Under the pieces are notes generated by a model. The model saw only the letters and a program-made list of their open reading frames with translations, was not told where the DNA came from and made no database searches. The position numbers and the translations under genes are program-made. This document shows positions 1 to 6,716 of a stretch of 7,914 nt of DNA, in pieces (within the stretch, counting starts at the first letter, position 1; each line of letters opens with the position of its first letter). Origin of the DNA: Azolla caroliniana (taxonomy: Eukaryota; Plantae; Polypodiophyta); NCBI GenBank assembly GCA_043228905.1, contig JBHGNT010001470.1, positions 1-7,914 on the forward strand, read 5' to 3'.

Positions 1-815
1 AAGATGGCGGGGGGGTCGAAGCCATCTATCATGAGTGAGGAAACTTTGAGATTAACTGTTTTGTTATTGATACAGGTTTTTTCGTGGACATTGGTCATGA
101 CGATAATTGGCTAGACGGTTGATGTGGATTGAACGAAGAAATTTTCTGTGTGAAAGTGATAAGGTTGAGTGAAGATGGTGGGGAGGGTGAAGCCGACTAT
201 AACGAGTGGGTGAGAAAATGTTTACACTAATTTTGTGTTGATCAATACAGGATATGCGTGGACATTGCCACCGTGTTAATTGGTGAGATGGCTGATGTCG
301 ACTGTATGAAGAATTTCTGTGATAAGGATGAGTGAAGATGGTGGGGAGGGTGAAGCCGACTATAACGAGTGGGTGAGGAAATGTTTACATTAATTTTGTG
401 TTGATCAATACAGGATATGCGTGGACATTGCCACCGTGGTATTTGGTGAGATGGCTGATGTCGACTGAATGAAGAATTATTGTGTTAAGGATGAGTGAAG
501 ATGGTGGGGAGGGTCGAAGCCAATGTGCAGGAGTGGGTGAGGACATGTTTTAACCTAAGTTTTTGTTGATTATACAGGATATGCGTGGACATTGGAACCA
601 GGTTAATCGGTGAGATGGCTGATGTCGACTAAAGGAAGAAATATTTGTGGTGAGGATGAGTGAAGATGGTGGGGAGGGTCGAAGCCAATCATCACGAGTG
701 GGTGAGGAATTTTTAGACGGATTTTATTCTTATCACAGATTTTTGGGGTTTTTGGGCAATGACGTTAATCGGAGACATGACTGATGTGGGTTAAATGAAG
801 AATGGTTGTGATGAG
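1..815 (+). repeat. Tandem array of ~163-bp units (5 copies visible, may extend left of the window)
   Basis: The motif AAGATGG(C/T)GGGG(A/G)GGGT(C)GAAGCC recurs at 1, 172, 335, 498 and 663 (spacings 171, 163, 163, 165). Each unit also carries TACAG-GATATGCGTGGACATTG and GATGGCTGATGTCGAC variants. Units 2 and 3 are nearly identical, units 1 and 5 are the most diverged. Confidence 0.95.
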
Positions 816-1374
816 ATTATGGTCTAATCAATGTATGGCTGTTCTGAGTTTCAGCTTGAAGAAGACTACGGCCAAGAAGTAGCAGATTACCTCAATGGCT
901 TGATTGGAGAGAGCAGTTTTGTATTACCTAAGTGGTACAAAAGGACATTCACAAAGGAAAATTAAAGGCGAAGGAACGGGAACAGCTATTGGACAACCAG
1001 GAATTTGTTTATAGGTTGAATATGGGTATACTAAAGAGCTTCAGTATATGTGGAATCACATTCAGCCAATGTTGGCTGCAACATGATGTTTTTTAGAGGA
1101 CATAACAAATGCCATCTTTATTTGGTCCCTTTTTTTACGATATATACTTATGGAGTGGAAACTATTATGTACAATTTGTAGATTGCCTTTGGCATTGTTA
1201 ATTTTAATACCAATGGAGCATATTTTTTATGGCAAAACAAAGATAACTTTAAGTAGGTACTTTAATGTCCCACAGAAAGAGGGGAATAAAAGTGAGTGAT
1301 GGGAGGATATCAGGGGAAGATCTCTGATAGGAAATGGTTTTCATGAAGATTGATGCAACAAACTCTTCTTCCAC

Positions 1375-1382
1375 TATAAAAG
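1375..1382 (+). promoter_or_regulatory. TATA box (TATAAAAG) of putative LTR A
   Basis: Consensus TATAAAAG followed by a purine-rich tract, about 500 bp upstream of the PBS-like site. Confidence 0.5.
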
Positions 1383-1645
1383 GAGGGAAGGAAGTCCGTT
1401 TGGGGGATAATCATTTTTGGGGAGGAAACGTTGCCGGTTTGCATGTTGAGTTTTGATTTTCTAGTTCTGTGCATTCGGTGACGGAAGGTGAGGGCTTTGC
1501 TCGCGTAGGAATCCTGTGTGCTCCCGACCAGATGCTCATAAGTTCCGTGTGTGTGTTCAGAGCTCGAAGCTCTGTAGCCAGCCGCATCCGGTTATATATT
1601 CTCTGTCGGTTAATACACTGTTGGTATTGCAGTATCCGAATCTCA

Positions 1646-1741
1646 CTGTCTCTATCTCTGTCTCTATCTTTCTTTGTCTTTCTCTGTCTTTCTCTGTCTT
1701 TCTCTGTCTTTCTTTGTCTCTATCTCTATCTCTGTGTGTGT
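1646..1741 (+). repeat. CT-rich compound micro/minisatellite
   Basis: About 6 copies of the 10-mer TCT(C/T)T(G/A)TCTT at 1661-1720, flanked by CTCTAT/CTCTGT hexamers and ending in (TG)4. Confidence 0.9.
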
Positions 1742-1880
1742 TTGGTCCGCATTCTCATCTTTGTTCTGTCCATTTTGTGTATCTACTTAAGTCTTTGAGC
1801 CTATGTGCTCATCTTTCAGAATCCGGCGGCAGACCCAGATCAGATACACGTTTGGGAATCTTGTGCTCCGTGAATATCTT

Positions 1881-1895
1881 TGGCAACCGTGCCAG
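1881..1895 (+). promoter_or_regulatory. Putative primer-binding site of Gypsy A (tRNA-Arg-like, decayed)
   Basis: TGGCAACCGTGCCAG is one CpG-type G>A change from TGGCGACCGTG, a tRNA-Arg-type PBS pattern, and parallels TGGCGACCAC at 6671. Confidence 0.45.
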
Positions 1896-1967
1896 ATTGT
1901 CGCTGCAAGCTCGTGGGCCCTCTCAAGCTCGTTAGTCCAAGGCCCTGGTGGTCCTACCTGATCCGAC

Positions 1968-2424
1968 ACGTGGGCAATGTTCGAGAAGTTGAAGGAGAAG
2001 TATTGGTGGTCAGGGATGTACACGGATGTCGCCCATTTTGTGGGGACATGTGAAAGCTGCCAAATACACTCAAACATACATCATAGGGACGAGTAGCACC
2101 CAACCAACCTACTCACAAAACACTTCAAATGGATGGTGGATCTAGTTTTGATGCTAATGGGAGTGGGACAAATAAAGTACTTGGTGCTAGCAAGGGAAGA
2201 CCTGGCAAACTAGGTAGAAGGGCGTGCTTTAGCAAACAAAACAATGGCCGGGGGGGGTAGGTACATTCTTACTTGAAAATGTCATCTGTTGGTACGGATG
2301 CGGGGGAAAGATAGTGGCCGATAGAGGAGAGTTGAATGCTCAAGAAGCTACAGAGCTCTTTGAATGACTTGGAGTGAAGCTCTCTCTCATGACCCCTTAC
2401 AACCCAGAGGCCAACGGAAAGATA
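1968..2424 (+). pseudogene. Degenerate Ty3/Gypsy integrase fragment (C-terminal half of the HHCC Zn-binding domain plus the rve core up to just before the catalytic E)
   Basis: Manual translation: TWAMFEKLKEKYWWSGMYTDVAHFVGTCESCQ...KWMVDLVLM...KYLVLAREDLAN*VEGRALANKT...(frameshift ~2270)ENVICWYGCGGKIVADRGELNAQEATELFE*LGVKLSLMTPYNPEANGKI. It shows YWW-x-GM, CxxCQ, the first D (VDL), the second D (ADRG) and YNPEANG, with three stops and one frameshift. Confidence 0.93.
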
Positions 2425-2578
2425 TGTGCGGAATATTGCTCGGCCACACCCGAGTCTCAAACTCACAATGGAAGAAATAAATAGAAAGTGAAGATTAATG
2501 CACTTACACGGACAATAGAGATGACACCTGATGTTAACGTGGAAAATCCTAGTCGGGAAAAACCACATGAGCCCACAA

Positions 2579-2620
2579 ACTCAAACTATCACTATGAGGA
2601 CTCCAACTATCACTATGAGA
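2579..2620 (+). repeat. 21-bp tandem duplication within the Copia LTR
   Basis: ACTCAAACTATCACTATGAGG (2579-2599) and ACTCCAACTATCACTATGAGA (2600-2620). Confidence 0.9.
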
Positions 2621-3299
2621 GGAAGGATACAATGCGAGACTCAGAGGCAATGATCTCAAGCTCTATGTCTTCACCAACCGGCGGTTACAACAGAAAATAC
2701 TTTTTGTTTCTCTCTCGCCCTCTCTCTATCTCTCTCTGTCTATATAACAAAACAATAACAACAACCCATACACTATTTGCCCTAGTTATATTTATACTCA
2801 TATAACTTACAGGCTATTTACAAATATGACCTCAATCATGTTTGCGTTCACAAGTGGAAGGATCACGCACAAATGGAATGATAAGGAATATTCCGTCTGA
2901 TTTTGGGGCTTTTTTGGCCATTTCACAAAACACCTTAATACCAGTATCACATGTTCTCGAAAACTTGATGAAAAAGCTAAAATTTTCACCATTTGGTAAA
3001 ATTGAAAAATACCAAATTTTGGCCAAATACGAAAAGTAACTTTGTGTATTTTTAAGGAGAAATTACAACGAGTAGTATTTTAGATGCTAGCGAAATCATA
3101 AGTATAATCATAAGATTTCAAAACAATCAAGTTTTTTATTTCATTCGATAAAATGTTGTCTAAAATTGTTATATATCGTTGCACAAAAAATACATTTAGG
3201 AGTTACTTGCATCACTATAACCATTCCTTTCATGAGAATCACTACTATAGCAAATATACAATTGTGACTTTTCCTCCTCATTTTCAAATGTACCAATCA

Positions 3300-3690
3300 A
3301 ATCGTTCTCTTCACCAAATGGTGTCTCCAAATTGTGTGCACTAAATCTTATTCGCCTTCAATCTGAGATATCTTCTAGACTTGGTAATATCTCTTTTATT
3401 ATGTCTATCGTTATCGTCCTTAAACATCCAAGTTTTGTCAGTGTAAAGTCATACACAATGATATCCACCTCACTAATGTCAATGATAGATGTATTACAAA
3501 GGTTTAATGCATCACCACGTCCAAAACTTTACCAATGTAGAATTGGTGCCCTAGGTCATGGCCATCTACATGTGTAGCTATTAATATCCCCACCTTGAGT
3601 TCTTGCAAGTTTCCTTGTCACCTGAGTTATGCTCATGTTGTCATCCTTAGTTCCACATAAATGTTTCTCTGTTGTAGATGAACCATGAGA
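3300..3690 (-). pseudogene. Possible decayed coding remnant (C-terminal part of a transposon-encoded protein?)
   Basis: Minus-strand translation is protein-like despite stops: MVHLQQRNIYVELRMTT*A*LR*QGNLQELKVGILIATHVDGHDLGHQFYIGKVLDVVMH*, then TSIIDISEVDIIVYDFTLTKLGCLRTITIDIIKEILPSLED. The region is less AT-rich than its flanks. Family not confirmed. Confidence 0.45.
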
Positions 3691-3709
3691 ATATTTTATA
3701 GACCACATA

Positions 3710-5020
3710 AATGGCATTTGCAAGGTTCAATTACCATTAACACAATTATTACTGGTTTTTTATTAATCAATGAAGCACATGTTTACCATAAGGTGTCTTG
3801 TTGTGCAACATACTTCTTTGCAATATTGATATGCATCTTTTTCTCTTGTAAAAAAAGAGATTTTAGTACAATTCGAGTTCATGTAAACCCTAAACCTCTT
3901 TTATTTGAAGAAAAAGAAGATTTCTAAACATGAACTCCATACATTGTATTGAGTTGATGTAAAAAACAGAGTTTTCATCACTATTCCATACAATGTATCA
4001 AATTCATGTTCAAAGTTTTTTTTCTCGGATTTAAAAAAATAAAAAAATCGAGCTTAAGTTGATGATAAAAACCAGATTTTTCACCACAAATCAATACAAT
4101 GTATCGAGTTCATGTTTAAAGTAAATTTTTAATGTTTTTCAAAATTTTTGTTTTTTTTGTGGAAACAAAAACTTTAAACATGAATTCGATACATTGTATC
4201 AACCTATGATAAAAACTCTGGTTTTTTCATCACTTCAATTAAAAAAAAAAAACAAAAGACCCAAAATAAATAAATAAATAATTAAATTTTTGAAAAAACA
4301 AACCCAAAAATAAAACTTTAAACATGAACTCGATACATTACATCTAGTTCATGTCGAAAAGTCAGATTTTCAAAACGAACTTCGTGTTGAAAAGCTGAGT
4401 TTCTCAACACGAACTCGATATCGATACAATGTATCGAGTTTGTGTTTAAAACATTTTAAAACAAACAAACAATTTTGATTTTTTTTCTATTTATTTTGGG
4501 TCTTGTTTTATTTTTATGAAGTGATGAAAAAACTAGAGTTTTCATAACAAGTCGATACAATGTATCAAATTAATGTTAAAAATTTTTTTCCAAAAAAAAA
4601 AAAAAAACCCTACTTTAAACATGAACTCGATACATTGTATTGATTTGTGGTGAAAAATCTGGTTTTTTCATCAATTCAAGATCAATTTTTTTTTTTTAAA
4701 ATCCAGGAAAAAAACTTTCAACATGAATTTGATACATTGTATGGAATTGTGATGAAAACTCTATTTTTTACATCAACTCGATACAATATATTGAGTTCAT
4801 GTTTAGAAATCTTCTTTATTTTCAAATAAAAGAGGTTTAGGGTTTACATGAACTCGAATTGTACTAAAATCTCTGTTTTTACAAGAGTAAAAGATGTATA
4901 TCGATACTGTAAAGAAGTACGTTGCACAACAAGATACCTAATGGTGAACATGTGCTTCCGTGATTAACAAAAAACCATTAATAATTGTGTTGATGGTAAT
5001 TGAACCTTGCAAATGCCATT
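3710..5020. mobile_element. 1.3-kb palindromic foldback/MITE-like element flanked by TA
   Basis: TA|AATGGCATTTGCAAGGTTCAATTACCAT... at 3708 and ...ATGGTAATTGAACCTTGCAAATGCCATT|TA at 5022. The arms align continuously to the centre ACGAA-C-TTCGT (C at 4380). About 17 mismatches over the outer ~228 bp (by-eye count), with indels in the poly-A/T tracts. Confidence 0.9.
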
Positions 5021-5837
5021 TACTTCACAAATTTGTAGGGGAGTTCTCAAAATGAAGAAGAGTAGAGCATTGTGTATACCTTGATAACTATGTGATATAT
5101 TCAAATTGATATATTAATGTTTACATCTAAGTTTGGTAGTTTTGACAGTTTATGAATATCGTCTACATTTTAGGAGTTATGGATTTATCAAAATTGTTTA
5201 TGAATATTGTATACATTTCTTGAGCTGTGAATTTATGGATGTTAATGAGCACTAAATTTATAGATGATGGCATTAAGGATTACAATGTTACCTCTTATAC
5301 TTAAAACATTTTCAAGTCTAACAATAGATGTAACTTCCACTTCTAGAACCTACATCTCCTCAAGATGGTGAAACCATTAATCTTAACTTGTGCCTTGAGT
5401 TAACCATTGTGATTTTCCTTAAGTTAACTACATTTCATATCTGCAGACCATCAACGTTTAAACATTTATTGGAAAACTATTCAATTTTAGAAATTATCAT
5501 TTTGAAATTTCTTAAATCTCAAAAAATTAGCAAATTTTACATGTTATTTAAAACATGTGATACTGGTGTATCAAGTTTCTGGAAATTGCCTAAAATCACA
5601 AGATTATAAAAGGAATCTATAAGTGGAATGCGCGATCCTTCCACTTGTGAACGCAAACGTGTTCTCAACGGTCACGTCTGAACATATTTACAAATATGTT
5701 CTTACTTGTTGGTTCATACCGGCTCCAGCCAGACTCGTTCCGGATCCATCCGATCCGGTATCCGGATACCTTATGGATCCATCCAATCTGGTTCCTCCCT
5801 TCGTCTCGTCTAATCCGGAGGAACCTATTTCGCAACA

Positions 5838-5852
5838 AATTCCCCCTTCATT
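5838..5852 (-). promoter_or_regulatory. Polypurine tract of the Copia element
   Basis: Minus strand reads AATGAAGGGGGAATT immediately before the LTR-initial TGTTG. Confidence 0.85.
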
Positions 5853-6273
5853 CTGGCATAGGATATCTTGTCAGTCCGATCCGTCTCCAACACGGTCAAC
5901 TTGGCGGCTGACAACACCTTGGTCAACGTGTCTAACCCATTATCCTCGGTATGGATCTTCGTCATTAGGAACTCTTTATCTTCTACCTTCTCCCGCAGCC
6001 AATTATATCTCCTCTAGATGTGCTTGGTCTAGGAGTGGTAGGCTGCGTTTTTCGCGAGATGGATGACACTTTTGACTGTCAGAGTAGAGTTGGAATTCCT
6101 CCTGCCAGACCCCTAGTTCTCCGATGAAGTCCTTCATCTAGATAACCTGTTTACCGGCTTCTATGGCCGCCATATACTCCGCTTCCATTGTCGAGAGTGC
6201 GATAGACTTCTACAACATTGACTGCCATGATACGGCTCCCCCTGCATATGTCATGACGTATCTGGATGTGGAC
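5848..6273 (-). pseudogene. Degenerate Ty1/Copia pol C-terminus (RNase H domain)
   Basis: Manual translation: STSRYVMTYAGGAVSWQSML*KSIALSTMEAEYMAAIEAGKQVI*MKDFIGELG...LYSDSQ-SVIHLAKNAAYHS*TKHI*RRYNWLREKVEDKEFLMTKIHTEDNGLDTLTKVL. This follows the Tnt1-type RNase H motifs (GGAISWQSKLQ, ALSTTEAEY, CDSQSA, RTKHI, ADMLTK), with several stops and frameshifts. Confidence 0.95.
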
Positions 6274-6664
6274 TATTGACCGGTCAGAAGAGCAAGGACA
6301 AGTGGGAAGACGGAGTCGGATCGGATAATAGGAAGTAAATAATAGTAGAATTATTATTCGGAGGGACGGATCCGGTACAGTTGTACCGATCCGGATCCGA
6401 ACCGATTCGGATGTCAGTTGCCTAAGCGCACCGATTGTAACCTTGCCGGATGCCTATAAAAGGATCCGATGATTTGTAAAGGTTTGAGACGGAAGTAATA
6501 CAAAAGTAATTATTGCGTGTTTATCTGTATCTTCGTATTGTTTATTGTCTGTGCTTAATTGTAATCATCTTACGCGTGTAACCTAGCATCCAATCCTTAC
6601 CACCCCTTTGGAGAAGTGTCGGATAGACACCTGTGTGGAGGCTAGTCCGGCCAGGCAGACAACA
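6274..6664 (+). repeat. 5' LTR of Gypsy B (~390 bp)
   Basis: Starts TATTGACC (decayed TGTTG?) at 6274 or TGACC at 6277, has TATAAAAGG at 6455-6463, and ends ...AGACAACA at 6664. A TGTTG...CAACA pair would favour 6274. Confidence 0.75.
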
Positions 6665-6670
6665 CTATTT

Positions 6671-6680
6671 TGGCGACCAC
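6671..6680 (+). promoter_or_regulatory. Primer-binding site, tRNA-Arg-like
   Basis: TGGCGACCAC is complementary to a tRNA 3' end ...GUGGUCG-CCA (as recalled for plant tRNA-Arg(UCG)). It lies 6 nt after the LTR end and 36 nt before the gag ATG. Confidence 0.65.
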
Positions 6681-6716
6681 GATTCCTGCAAAGTGTAGAG
6701 GACAACCGGGGGATGG

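Larger units (their letters stand above)
1250..1876 (+). mobile_element. Probable 3' part of the 5' LTR of a degenerate Gypsy element A (left boundary not determined)
   Basis: CTATAAAAGGA TATA box at 1374-1384 (same string as in the Gypsy B LTR), then a T/CT-rich stretch. It ends in GTGAATA (possible CA>TA decay of ...AACA), followed 4 nt later by a TGG-starting PBS-like site, the same layout as Gypsy B at 6661-6680. The start coordinate is arbitrary. Confidence 0.5.
2837..5661. mobile_element. Non-autonomous/degenerate TIR DNA transposon, superfamily unassigned
   Basis: 33-bp TIRs: CATGTTTGCGTTCACAAGTGGAAGGATCACGCA (2837-2869) and the reverse complement of 5629-5661, with 2 mismatches, both CpG-type transitions. 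A subterminal 16-bp inverted motif ACCAGTATCACATGTT lies at 2940-2955 and 5552-5567. Flanking 8-mers ACCTCAAT and TTCTCAAC match 5/8 (possible decayed TSD). Confidence 0.85.
2425..5837 (-). repeat. Copia 3' LTR (~0.58 kb net: 2425-2836 plus 5662-5837), split by a 2.8-kb insertion
   Basis: TG...CA termini with an imperfect inverted repeat (TGTTGCGAAATA vs TGTGCGGAATA) and a position directly after the PPT. Minus-strand TATAAATA lies at 2789-2796, followed by a GA-rich tract. The Copia-typical GTGGTTTTTCCC...TTTTCCACGTTAA motif is at ~2534-2566. Confidence 0.85.
2425..6273 (-). mobile_element. Ty1/Copia LTR retrotransposon, 3' portion (RNase H, PPT, 3' LTR), carrying nested insertions
   Basis: On the minus strand: Copia RNase H, then TGA, PPT GAAGGGGGAATT, and an LTR running TGTTGCGAAATA...TATTCCGCACA. 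It truncates the Gypsy integrase exactly at 2424/2425. Confidence 0.9.

Noticed and set aside
1-815. CRISPR-like array
   Set aside because: Whole units are homologous with no unique spacers, there are no cas genes, and the context is eukaryotic retroelements.
1469-1935. ORFs 1469-1798 and 1516-1935 as membrane-protein genes
   Set aside because: The Leu/Ser/Phe-rich content comes from the stop-free CT microsatellite, and both use non-ATG starts.
1787-2805. ORFs 1787-2077(-), 2269-2568(-) and 2488-2805(+)
   Set aside because: They are antisense shadows of the integrase or run across LTR sequence and element junctions, with no recognisable motifs.
3884-3896. Interstitial telomeric array
   Set aside because: Fewer than two full TTTAGGG units, so it is kept only as a low-interest telo-box note.
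2807-5609. Short AT-rich ORFs (60-81 aa) inside the TIR and palindromic elements
   Set aside because: Lengths are in the chance range, some cross element boundaries, and ORF 3685-3927 is not preserved in the mirror arm.
2815-5698. TATTTACAAATATG (2815-2828 and 5685-5698) as a 14-bp TSD
   Set aside because: It is placed asymmetrically relative to the TIRs (8 vs 23 bp away) and is better explained as a sub-repeat of the Copia LTR.
5623-6066. 147-aa ORF on the + strand
   Set aside because: It spans the TIR, the Copia LTR and the antisense of RNase H, so it is a chimeric chance frame.
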